This document shows positions 1-9,884 of a stretch of DNA of 64,000 nt, piece after piece; position 1 is the first letter of the stretch, and each line of letters starts with the position of its first letter. A program made the position numbers and the translations under genes. The DNA is taken from assembly GCA_030704615.1 (NCBI GenBank), contig CM060732.1, positions 67,766,001 to 67,830,000 of the forward strand, given 5' to 3'. Source of the DNA: Takakia lepidozioides (lineage: Eukaryota; Plantae; Bryophyta). The notes under the pieces are model-generated. The model was not told the origin of the DNA and did no database searches. It worked only from the letters and a program-made list of their open reading frames with translations.

Positions 1-135
1 GGTTATATGGTAACGGAGACTTCAAGTATAGCCAAGGGTGCATTGAAGCTTGAAAGAAACCCAGGCACATACGAAAGATATTACAGAAGAGAGTTTTGGT
101 TATTGCCACATTAAAAGAAATGAAAGACATGGGAC

Positions 136-1071
136 ATGAGTGATGAAAGAGAAGCTAGACGCCAGAGATATTCAGCAAAAAGAGAAAGCTATCTGAAAGC
201 TAATTATCCATATCTTTGGGAGAGAGGAATAGACATAGGGGAATCATCTGGACCTCTCACACCATTAAGATCAAAGAGTACATCACCCATACCGGAAGAA
301 CTAGAGTTGGATACCACTCCTTCGGTTTCTTTGCAAGAAAGATTAAGGGAATTGGTACAGGAAGAAGATCAATCACGAGGTGAAAGATCTGAGGTACATC
401 CCTGGATAAAAGATTTGACATAAATCTTTGATAAGAGTTGGCATGGAACACCAAAAGCAGGAACTCCAGCTTCTGAAATGGAAGACGAAGAAGGAGGAGA
501 GGATGTGGCAGAGCCAATGGAGAGTTCAGACTCTCCAACACCATTACCGTTGAGTTACATGAGTGAAGAAGAAACCCAAGGGCAGAACTTGGAGGATGAA
601 AACAGAGAGAAGAAATTGGAAGAGGAAGGATATGAAGAAGTAGACCCAACAGCTGAGGTTGAGACTACAACCAGGACATCCCAACCCGTTGGACCTGGAT
701 CAAGTGGAGCACTTGGATCACAGGCCAACGAAGGTGTCGGCTCAGGGGGATCAGGTGGGCTGCCTGGATCTGGCTCTGGGGGGACAGGGAGTGTGGGAAG
801 TAGTGCAACTGAAGCTGGGAATACCGTGAATATCGTGGGGCCGGAAGCAGGGACTGCTCAAGGGCCACCACTTGGTGGAAGATCCACCACAAAAACAACA
901 GGTCCAGGAGGACCAGCACCAGCAAGGGTGCCAGCACCTATCAGTAGGCAGAAGGTAGGGCCACAGATGGCGTTACAACCAACACGGGCAAAACCACCCT
1001 CTCCAATATATTCAGGAAAAGGGGATCCCGATGTACACATTAGCCAATTTGAGCACATGTGTATAGTGAAC
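136..1071 (+). pseudogene. gag: 5' part of family A gag (stop at 421-423; interrupted by element B)
   Basis: ORFs 136-423 and 478-1188 share a frame; YSGKGDPDVHISQFE is a retrotransposon Gag-start motif; homologous to the ORFs at 42433-42714, 42130-42378 and 39054-39806. Confidence 0.75.
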
Positions 1072-3280
1072 TGTAGTGTGAGTGCAGGGGGTAAAAATTT
1101 CAAGTTTTTGTTTGGCCTTAGGTTTCGGCACTACTACAAAGGGAGTGCCCTTCGTGCTGATGAAGGGGAGGAATTGTCCATAACTTGAGGTAATTCCATG
1201 GAAAGACTATGCTATTGATCTGCCAGGAACAAAATATGGCTAAGTTATGACATGCGCCTTTTTCATCCCTAGGATGAATGATTTTCATCCATGATGTTGA
1301 ACCCTAGAAGCAGGATGTGAAATTCGAAGGGGAAGAGTGCGTGTATCTTTTCGCAGCTGCTGCAGTGGTGTTGGCAGCACAGGATATCTGAGAAAGTTCC
1401 ACCTACGCAAAGGGTATCAGCTTGCTTTTAAGAGAAATGTTAAGAGCTCCTGCTTGGCTTTCTGTGCAAGAAGAGTGCGTGTATCTTTTCGCAGCTGCTG
1501 CAGTGGTGCTGGCAGCACATGATATCTGAGAAAGTTCCACCTACGCAAAGGGTATCAGCTTGCTTTTAAGAGAAATGTTAAGAGCTCCTGCTTGGCTTTC
1601 TGTGCAAGAAGAATCGGTGCCGCCTTCTTCGTAAGCAATGATCAAACCAGAGGGATCAGGTTTGTGACAAGGGCGGTGCACCACTGCTGTCGCCATTGTC
1701 TTGATGAGCACATTAATGAGGAGATGGAGCGGCTCAGCAGGTGTTGGGAGATGAGAAATGCTGCTGTCTGTTTCTGAGCTTTAGGACCGGATCACTTTGT
1801 AAAAGAATCAGCTTGCCTTAAAGAGCGACGTTAAGGGATCTGGCTTGGCATTCTGTACAAGAGGAAGCGGTGCCGCCTTCTGGTGTGTATGGCGCTTAAG
1901 CTATCTATAATTAAGTTTTGTATCTGCTCTCTGTCTTAAAGGCTGTAGGACCAGATCACTTCATAGGGAAGGAATGCACATGTAGAAGGATAGGGTAGAG
2001 GTTGGCAGACACAAGGATGTGCCAGCAGCTGAAGCAGAGCCGTCATGCCTTAATGAGGACTGGAATCACGATAAGAAGAGACGTCGGAAATGGCTGACGA
2101 GGGAGAGGACAAGGTGCCTTCGTGACAGGCAGACCCACCGCCTCAAAGAGTATAAGACAGATAAGTTTGAAGAGTGGCTCTCTTTTTGGTGACTTAGAAA
2201 TCGCTTTGTGAAGTTTTGGACGGTCTCTTGTATGTAGTAAGAGACACTGACATGTGAGGAAGAAAAAGAGCTTTGGAAAAGGAATGAAGACACTGGACTT
2301 CAAACCAGGATGGACTGGAGATGGATGCACCTGCTGTTACATTGTATAGTAGGAAAAATGAATGGAAACAGGGTTGATTCGTTGCTGGGACAGAATGGTT
2401 GCTGCTGTTGTATTCTTGTTCCTTGTTTCAGCGTCGTGAGCTTGTACAAACAATCTGGCCTGGGATGTTGACACATTGCAGTCAATGTGGAACTAGCTTG
2501 GTAGGTAGAGGAAACCAGTGAGAGTTAGATAGAACTGTTTGGAAACCAACAAGAAGGGTTGAGAGCTGTCTTGGGCAAATGGCTGCACCTGGGAAAAGGG
2601 GAGTGTGAAGCATCTGTCATTGGCAAGAGAGGGACTGATAAAAGGGTTGATTATATCTTGTGTGACCAAGGTTGATTTCAATGCTGGGTGCACTGGATGC
2701 TTGGCTGAATGCGCATTACATTGCATCATAGACATGCTACAGTGGAAAGAGTGAGGAACATAAGGGAGAGAGCTGACCAGCAAGAGGGGATGGAGAGGAA
2801 TGGATGATTGGGGCGGTAAGATAAAGAAAGCATGAACCCATGAAGGGCCAAACTGGTGGGCCTGCAACTCATGGCAGATCTGAGTTGCCTCCTTCCAAAT
2901 CGTGATCTTATTACAAAGGGGATTCCACTTGTTGCTGACCAAGGGAGCTGCCCACAAGGGCAGTGGTCATCACTGACGTAGGGCTGGTTGCATCACTGAA
3001 GACATCATGGTAACATGGCTGGTGCAGTGTACCAGGGAGAGGATGTCGTGTAGAAGTAGAATCACGGGTGAAAACAATACAGACTCCCCATCCATGTCTT
3101 CTCTTCCGCTGCGGCGTGGATGAGGATTGTGTGAACTCTGATCATGAAGGACCTGAGGGAAACCCACACCGAGTGATGCTGGTTGGATCACCTGAGAGGA
3201 GAGCTCCTTTCCTTCCTTACAATCAACCTGGGGAGGAACACAACTAGACTTGCACAGAAGGGGATTCACGCCCTTTCTTT
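1072..3280 (+). repeat. 5' LTR of element B (lacks the terminal CACACTACA)
   Basis: Direct repeat of 9876-12082; runs ...CCCTTTCTTT directly into the PBS; contains a 138-bp tandem duplication (units start 1333 and 1471). Confidence 0.93.
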
Positions 3281-3292
3281 TGGTATCAGAGC
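3281..3292 (+). promoter_or_regulatory. Primer binding site, tRNA-iMet
   Basis: TGGTATCAGAGC immediately after the 5' repeat. Confidence 0.93.
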
Positions 3293-3341
3293 TTTAGGAT
3301 GTTAAATCTTGATTTCTACTAGCTAGGGATCTTGACTGGTA

Positions 3342-3665
3342 TTGGATGGTTTGATGGCAGGAAGAGACCACACACTGATTCCTGATGAACCAAGCATTGG
3401 AGATGTGCTGATTTGCTTCAGCAGACGCACACCAAATGCACACGCAGACCCTTGTTTGTACTTCTTCAACCCTGCTTGGAGAATAGCGAATGGTGATTTA
3501 TGTCTTAGAGTGATACATACTGGTGGAAGAACAACCATAGCACTTTGGATAAGAGAGTTAGGAAGGTGGGTGAAGATAAATACCATGGCACGAGAGGTGA
3601 CATGGGGAGGTAGAGTAGAGATGTTGCGAAATGGACAGTGGGAGTGGTATAGAGGTCAACATTAA
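3342..3665 (+). CDS. Small extra ORF between PBS and gag of element B (about 103 aa from the ATG at 3354), unknown function
   Basis: Open, complex, Trp-rich ORF in sense orientation; no recognised motif. Confidence 0.35.
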   Translation: MDGLMAGRDHTLIPDEPSIGDVLICFSRRTPNAHADPCLYFFNPAWRIANGDLCLRVIHTGGRTTIALWIRELGRWVKINTMAREVTWGGRVEMLRNGQWEWYRGQH

Positions 3666-3736
3666 GGAAGTTGCGGGAAAATTAGAGTCAGAATTAGGTG
3701 TTGAAACAGTTTGAACTTTGATTAGAGAATAGAAGG

Positions 3737-5836
3737 ATGACCAGTCCAACCAGCATAGATGCGCCTTATCATGGGAGGAATAGTGAGGATGTAAATGACT
3801 GGCTGGAGAGAATTCAGATGGAGGCAGATGTCAGGGATTTGAATGAGGCCAAAACTTTCAAGGTAGCAAGGCTCAACCTGAGAGCCAAGGCTGATGAATG
3901 GTACCGTAAAAAAAACCCTAGACCAAACAACTGGGTGGACTTCAGGGCAGCAATTTCAGCCAAGTTTGGTATCGTTGACTTGGCAGAAATTAGGCTAAGA
4001 ATGGATACCATTAAACAGGAGAGTAGACAAAGGGTTCAAACATACTTCGATAGGTTGAACCGGTTATTTATAAGAAGTGGGGCGTCTGATTTGGAACAGA
4101 GGCGTAGATTTGCAGCAGGTTTGAGACCAGAAATAGCAAGAGTAATGCTGGGCAGGCGCTTCCTTGATGTAGAGGAAGCACTTGACACAGCCATTGAGAT
4201 TGAAAGGGGCCTGGGAAAGTTAGGGGAAATACCTCTAGAACCATTGGAAGGAGATGATACAGATGAGTCAGTTGTGTTTGTCAACCCTGTGGACAGAAGA
4301 CTTGATCAGCTGAACACTACCCTACAGAAGTACTTTGATAGGGGACCAGTCATAGGAGAAAGCTCGGGATCTAGAACACCACCTCGTGTTCGCCTTTGTA
4401 ATGTTTGTCACAAAGAAGGTCACATAGCTGCATATTGTCCTGAAGGAAGAACCCCAGCTAAGTGTGACAAATGTCACCGGTTCGGGCATTCCACGGAAAT
4501 GTGTGGTGTGAGATGCAACTTTTGCAAGCTACTCGGGCATACGGAGAGTGAGTGCAGTAGAAAACTCGACCAAACTATGATGGGAACTCCGGGAACTAAC
4601 TTTGTAGACGTGTTCTATGATGATGAGGATGATGTACTCGCAGAGATGACAGATCTGATGTCACGAAATAGTATCAATGAAGTCAGACTTCCAAGGACAC
4701 GCATACCTGTCCAGAGTCCGATTGTTGAACCTACAGGGTCACCAGAAAGGAATAGTGAGAGCAGTGAACAGCCAAGCAAGACCAAGAGTGAAATCTACCC
4801 AAAGAACAATTTCAAGAATGCTATAGAAGGAGGTACGAAATCCAGAATCTTGAACCACTTCTACAAAGGGAGAATATCGTTGTCGCCCATGGACCTGATC
4901 ATGACTGTGCCCGGAGAGCTAGACAAATTGAAAGGGCTGGTCAAAGTGGTGGAAAGAGCAATGGTACAACAAAGGGAGACAACTCACAGTGTAGAAGTTG
5001 TGAAGGATGTACCAAGGCCTTTGTACTCAGCACACGCTGAGCCCACGATCTCGTATGCTTATACTGGTAAGGTTAAAGCGCTTCATGTAATGATTACAAT
5101 GGGAGATTACCAAGTATTAGGCCAGATTGACACTGGTGCCATGCTTTCTGTAATATCAGCTAGTACAGTCAGGGATCTGGGTTTGATGGGATCTGTCATT
5201 ACTAGTAAGGATGTGAATTACAGAGTAGCCTCAGGTGCTCTTGAGACTGCAATGGGCAGACTTGAGGACATCAAGGTCAAAGTAGGAGAACTAACCAATC
5301 GTTTGTCCTTTATGGTGGTGAACACGGATACATATCACATGCTGCTAGGATTGGACTTTCTCAAAAAGTTTGGCGCTGTAGTGGACACCGAAGCTGAAAC
5401 AATTCGCGTACGCTATGGGCCAGGAAAGGATTTTGCTCACTTCCCTTTACACACCATCAATTATAATGAGCCTGCAGTTACCAAAACAGCCTACCATAGA
5501 GGGGTCGAGAGTAGAATGAGATATGCAAGCAGTACGTCAGCAGGTAATGTCCTAACCCTGACGTCAGATGAACAGTACCTAGGCTTGTGGGAGAAGAAAA
5601 GAAAACCAGAGGAAGAATATGAGGACACGGAGGAAGCATCCTCAGGTTCTGACACCTCTAAATCTGATAAAGATGAGGAGATGGGAGGCTCTGAGGAGAG
5701 TAAGGAGGTAGAAACAGCACTGAGGGATGTTGAGGAAATAATAGACGATGTCAACCTAGGGAGGACTTGTTCGAGGACCAAGGGATGTCTGAACTCCTTC
5801 AGGAAGAGACCCATAAGAGCATGGCTGCTGCCATAA
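3737..5836 (+). CDS. gag: Element B Gag plus aspartic protease
   Basis: Gag core (DVNDWLERI, ADEWY, KQESRQRVQTY); three CCHC knuckles (CNVCHKEGHIAAYC, CDKCHRFGHSTEMC, CNFCKLLGHTESEC); protease QIDTGA and LLGLDFL. Confidence 0.92.
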   Translation: MTSPTSIDAPYHGRNSEDVNDWLERIQMEADVRDLNEAKTFKVARLNLRAKADEWYRKKNPRPNNWVDFRAAISAKFGIVDLAEIRLRMDTIKQESRQRVQTYFDRLNRLFIRSGASDLEQRRRFAAGLRPEIARVMLGRRFLDVEEALDTAIEIERGLGKLGEIPLEPLEGDDTDESVVFVNPVDRRLDQLNTTLQKYFDRGPVIGESSGSRTPPRVRLCNVCHKEGHIAAYCPEGRTPAKCDKCHRFGHSTEMCGVRCNFCKLLGHTESECSRKLDQTMMGTPGTNFVDVFYDDEDDVLAEMTDLMSRNSINEVRLPRTRIPVQSPIVEPTGSPERNSESSEQPSKTKSEIYPKNNFKNAIEGGTKSRILNHFYKGRISLSPMDLIMTVPGELDKLKGLVKVVERAMVQQRETTHSVEVVKDVPRPLYSAHAEPTISYAYTGKVKALHVMITMGDYQVLGQIDTGAMLSVISASTVRDLGLMGSVITSKDVNYRVASGALETAMGRLEDIKVKVGELTNRLSFMVVNTDTYHMLLGLDFLKKFGAVVDTEAETIRVRYGPGKDFAHFPLHTINYNEPAVTKTAYHRGVESRMRYASSTSAGNVLTLTSDEQYLGLWEKKRKPEEEYEDTEEASSGSDTSKSDKDEEMGGSEESKEVETALRDVEEIIDDVNLGRTCSRTKGCLNSFRKRPIRAWLLP

Positions 5837-8016
5837 TACAGGAAGCTTATCAGAAAGCTTGGAATGGTGAACTAGGGAACAACAACCTAGAAATAGAGGA
5901 TGACTTCCATGATTGGAATCAGGTTGTCACACAAGAGGAACGACAGAGAATGGCTCACTCTGTAAGCCAGGTGGAGGGAAAGAATTGGGAACCCAGTCAA
6001 GAGGAAGAAATGGAGAGTCGTTGGAGAAGTCTGAAATCCAGACTGCACATCAACCCAGAACTGGCCCCAGAACATAGGATAGAGCTTGAGCAAGAGCTGA
6101 AAGCAAACCAGGAATGCTTTGCTCTTAGCAAGGCTGACTTGGGATACTGCAGTGAGGTAGAACACACAATTGACACACAAGGTTTTCCCCCTTGCAGAAG
6201 TCGTCCCAGCCGCCTATCAGAATGGGAGGAAGACGAGGTCCAAGGACAAATTGAGACTTTGATCTCACAAGGCAAGATGAGAGAGAGTAGTTCAGAATGG
6301 TCGTGTCCAGTTACCCTTCCACCAAAAAAGGATGGATCCAAGCGGTTTTGTGGTGATTTTAGGCCAGTAAACCGTTTGACCAGAAGGGACTCTTACCCTA
6401 TGCCATTAATTCAGGATGTTTTAAACCAGTTGGGGAAAGCCAAGTGGTTTTCTGCGCTGGATTTACAATCTGGTTTTTGGCAGATCAAAATGGACGACCG
6501 AGACATAGGCAAAACAGCAGTGATCACAAAGAAGGGATTATATGAATGGCTAGTCATGCCATTCGGGCTAAAAAATGCCACTGCTACCTTTCAGAGAACA
6601 ATGAATAGAGTGCTCAAGGAAGAAATCAAAGATTGCGCTAAGGTTTTTGTAGATGACGTCAATATCCATAGCAAGGACTGGGGAGATCACGTGGGACATA
6701 TAAAGAGAGTATTGAGCAAGGTTAGAAAGGCCAATCTTAGGCTCAATCCGGACAAGTGTTACTTTGCCAACTTACAGTTGGTATTCCTTGGGCATGTGAT
6801 CTCTGAAGAGGGAACGTGGCCTGATCCAGATAAGATAGCTGCTATTGAAAGGTTTCCCTTGCCCAAAAACCACACTGCTCTCAAAAGCTACTTAGGCATG
6901 ACAGGGTACTATAGGCCCTATGTCAAAGGATATGCTGGAGTGGCAGTACCCTTGTTCACTCTAACCAAGAAGGATGTGAAGTTTATCTGGAGTGCAGAGG
7001 CACAAAACGCCTTTTCTGCCTTACAGGTGAAGTTGGTAACTGCTCCCATCCTGGCAAGACCAGATTTCTCAAGACCGTTCGTCTTAGATGTTGACTGGTC
7101 CATCAAAGGAGTAGGGGCAGTCTTGTCGCAAAAGGAGTATAAAAAGGAGAGGGTCATTGCATACGCCAGTAAGGTACTATCTGATGCTCAGCGCAAATAT
7201 CACCCTATGGAAGGTGAATGCTATGCCCTGGTGTGGGGAGTATTACACTTTCGGCAGTACCTGTATGGAACCCCTTTTGTAATCAGGACTGATCACAAAC
7301 CACTGGAGTGGTTGGCAACGGTAAGTGACGCATATGGACGCAGGGGTAGATGGATCATGATGTTACAAGATTTTGAGTTTAAAATTGTTCACAGAGCAGG
7401 TGCTAGGCATGCTAACGTAGATGCACTAAGCAGGTATCCAGTGGGACCAGCTGAGGAAACCGAGGAAATCGAGGTATACTCTACTTCTCTGTACAGTCAG
7501 AAAAGAGAAGGGAGAAAGAGGGATGGAGCCTATCTTCTTAAGCTAGCTTGGGATAGGGGTGCCATCAATGCTTCGTTATTTCAATTTAAGGAGGGGAAGG
7601 AGGAGTTGAGAGAAGAAGCTCATAGGCAAGTAGGGTATAGCAGTGAAAAAGGGGAGATGATTTGCAAAAGAGAAGAGTACTATGCATGTGTATGGGGCCT
7701 TTGGCACTTCAAGAAAATACTGTTGGGAAGTCATTTTTCTTTGGAAACAGATCTAGATCCATATTGGTGGCTATACTCAGAGCACCACATAGGCATAGAC
7801 TTACTTGGTGACTTTTCATTTGAGTTCGTTCCGGGCATAGTAAGATCTTCCACAGATGGAATGTTGACCAAGGATCATGGAATATTGAAGGGAGAACTGA
7901 AACCAGGCACAATGCCAGATGGAGAAGGAAAGAGGGTGACTTTTGCTGCACAGATTTTTGCTAAAAAAAAAAACAAGGAAAGGGTATTGATCAATCAAGC
8001 TCTGTCAATCTGGTGA
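5767..8016 (+). CDS. pol: Element B reverse transcriptase and RNase H (frameshifted relative to gag-PR)
   Basis: PKKDGSKRFCGDFR, LDLQSGFWQI, MPFGLKNA, FVDD; RNase H LDVDWS...IAYASK...ECYALVW...RTDHKPL. Confidence 0.93.
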   Translation: MFEDQGMSELLQEETHKSMAAAIIQEAYQKAWNGELGNNNLEIEDDFHDWNQVVTQEERQRMAHSVSQVEGKNWEPSQEEEMESRWRSLKSRLHINPELAPEHRIELEQELKANQECFALSKADLGYCSEVEHTIDTQGFPPCRSRPSRLSEWEEDEVQGQIETLISQGKMRESSSEWSCPVTLPPKKDGSKRFCGDFRPVNRLTRRDSYPMPLIQDVLNQLGKAKWFSALDLQSGFWQIKMDDRDIGKTAVITKKGLYEWLVMPFGLKNATATFQRTMNRVLKEEIKDCAKVFVDDVNIHSKDWGDHVGHIKRVLSKVRKANLRLNPDKCYFANLQLVFLGHVISEEGTWPDPDKIAAIERFPLPKNHTALKSYLGMTGYYRPYVKGYAGVAVPLFTLTKKDVKFIWSAEAQNAFSALQVKLVTAPILARPDFSRPFVLDVDWSIKGVGAVLSQKEYKKERVIAYASKVLSDAQRKYHPMEGECYALVWGVLHFRQYLYGTPFVIRTDHKPLEWLATVSDAYGRRGRWIMMLQDFEFKIVHRAGARHANVDALSRYPVGPAEETEEIEVYSTSLYSQKREGRKRDGAYLLKLAWDRGAINASLFQFKEGKEELREEAHRQVGYSSEKGEMICKREEYYACVWGLWHFKKILLGSHFSLETDLDPYWWLYSEHHIGIDLLGDFSFEFVPGIVRSSTDGMLTKDHGILKGELKPGTMPDGEGKRVTFAAQIFAKKKNKERVLINQALSIW

Positions 8017-9854
8017 GGGAGGGTATTTGGAAGGATAAGGGTGCAGGAAGGATAGAGGCTACTGCAATCAGCAACAAGGAAAGGGAGCATCTGATGCCCT
8101 CTTGTCCCACCATCCATATGATTACCCGAGGATCTCGTGCTCGTGATAAGGAGCTAAGCGAGGTACATCCAGCCTGTGAACTTGTGGAAGAGAGATCGAA
8201 CAATGAAAAGGGAAGCTTGCAAGAGACACCATTCCTTCAACACTTGACAAGCACTCCAACAACAAGAAGAACGCGGGTGACTTCCTCATCAGAATACCCA
8301 GCCAAGGAAAACATGGGGGGTGAGTGTTCCACCAAGACGTTTTGTTCTTCAGACAGTGATGGAACAAGTGGTTCAGGACAAGACACTTCTTCTTGCAACA
8401 AGATTGATGAAGGGGACTGGGTACCATGGACCGCACCCACCAAAGCTACTCAGATGTCATTATTACGTGAGGCTGAAAGATGGGGGAAAAGCTCTCTCAT
8501 CAGCTCTGACCATCATACAGCAGCTGTTAAGGAGGAAAGGCAACCTGATGTGCTTGATGATGTGGAAGTCATGCACCTCTTATGTTTTGGAGAAGTCAAT
8601 GACTACCTGACAAAAGAGGAGAGCAAGAGAGCCAAGAGGCGGGCAAGGCAGTACTCCTATCTCAAAGGTGAGGTCTACTTTGATGGAAGGGTAGTTCCAC
8701 CAAGAACTGACAGAGCGGCAATAATCACTGAAGTACATGAAGCCACTGGCCACTTTGGAGTCAGAAGAACACAAGAAGAGATATGCCGACGTTATTTCTG
8801 GCATGATAGAACAAAACTCATCAGGCAAGTACTCAAGGGCTGTGGTAAATGTCAACTGGCCAAACAGAACGGAGTGTTGCGCTCAGGTAGCTCAAAACTT
8901 CACAGCATTCCAGTAGTGGATCTGTTTTTCAGAGTTGCAATTGACACGGCAGGACCATTACCTATAACCAGCAGGGGCAATCAGTACTTTCTGGTGGCAA
9001 TCGATCACTTCTCAAAATGGATAGAAGCTGCACCAGTGGCAGATCATACAGCAGCCCTTGCTGCCCGCTTTCTTGAGGAAGAAGTAATTGACAGGTATAG
9101 CTGCCCACATACGTTGCTCACTGACAATGGCACAGAGTGGGGAGGTGAGTTTGAAGATACATGCCACGAATACGGTATAAAGAGGGAGCATAGCGCCCCC
9201 TACTGGCCTCAGTGTAACGGCATGGTGGAAAGGGTCATTAAGTCTCTCAAACAGAGTATCACCACCCTAGGAGTTGGAAACGACACTGAGTGGGATCAGA
9301 ATCTCTATAAGGCCCTGTTTGGCTACAGAATGGGTGTCCATGCTTCCACTGGATTCTCACCTTTTCAGGTACTTACTGGTAGGATTCCCAGGCTGGGAAT
9401 TGACAACAGGTTACATTTTCTTACAACACCAGTCAATTCTGATGGATCTGTAGCAGAGGTCACACTTATGATGCAGAAGAAAATCCAGCTTCTCACAGAG
9501 ATGAAGGCAAGGCTACGAAAGAGTGTGAAGAAAGGGCAGCGTCAACAGGCAAGAGATTATGAAAGAAGGCATCAAACAGGGCATACCTACTGCACGTTGA
9601 TGGAAAACAGCAAGGTAATGATGTTGAGGCCTGGAAAGAGGTCTTCCATGACATCTCCATGGGAGGGACCCTATGACTTTTTGGGATACAAGGATGCAGG
9701 AAGCACAACCAAGACAGGAGAAGCTGCACGAAGATGCAGGTTGAGAGATGGAGCAGACAAGGAATGGGTAAGGAGTAGGAGGGATTTAAAACCCTTCATA
9801 CCACCAATAGGTGTTCAGCCGTTAAAGGTGGTCAGTGAGGACCCTGACACTTAA
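8013..9854 (+). CDS. pol: Element B DDE integrase, no evident chromodomain
   Basis: HHCC finger (HEATGH...CGKC), AIDTAGP, LTDNGTE, NGMVER, C-terminal WEGPY. The frame break is near the A-run at about 7963-7973. Confidence 0.92.
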   Translation: MREGIWKDKGAGRIEATAISNKEREHLMPSCPTIHMITRGSRARDKELSEVHPACELVEERSNNEKGSLQETPFLQHLTSTPTTRRTRVTSSSEYPAKENMGGECSTKTFCSSDSDGTSGSGQDTSSCNKIDEGDWVPWTAPTKATQMSLLREAERWGKSSLISSDHHTAAVKEERQPDVLDDVEVMHLLCFGEVNDYLTKEESKRAKRRARQYSYLKGEVYFDGRVVPPRTDRAAIITEVHEATGHFGVRRTQEEICRRYFWHDRTKLIRQVLKGCGKCQLAKQNGVLRSGSSKLHSIPVVDLFFRVAIDTAGPLPITSRGNQYFLVAIDHFSKWIEAAPVADHTAALAARFLEEEVIDRYSCPHTLLTDNGTEWGGEFEDTCHEYGIKREHSAPYWPQCNGMVERVIKSLKQSITTLGVGNDTEWDQNLYKALFGYRMGVHASTGFSPFQVLTGRIPRLGIDNRLHFLTTPVNSDGSVAEVTLMMQKKIQLLTEMKARLRKSVKKGQRQQARDYERRHQTGHTYCTLMENSKVMMLRPGKRSSMTSPWEGPYDFLGYKDAGSTTKTGEAARRCRLRDGADKEWVRSRRDLKPFIPPIGVQPLKVVSEDPDT

Positions 9855-9884
9855 AAAAAGGAGGCACACTACATATGTAGTGTG
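9853..9884 (+). promoter_or_regulatory. Polypurine tract followed by a 20-bp palindromic LTR-LTR junction sequence
   Basis: AAAAAAAGGAGG (9853-9864), then CACACTACA-TA-TGTAGTGTG (9865-9884), a perfect palindrome. Confidence 0.9.

Noticed and set aside
1337-3269. ORFs repeated in all three family B LTRs
   Set aside because: They recur only because the LTR is repeated; non-ATG starts and no domain signal.
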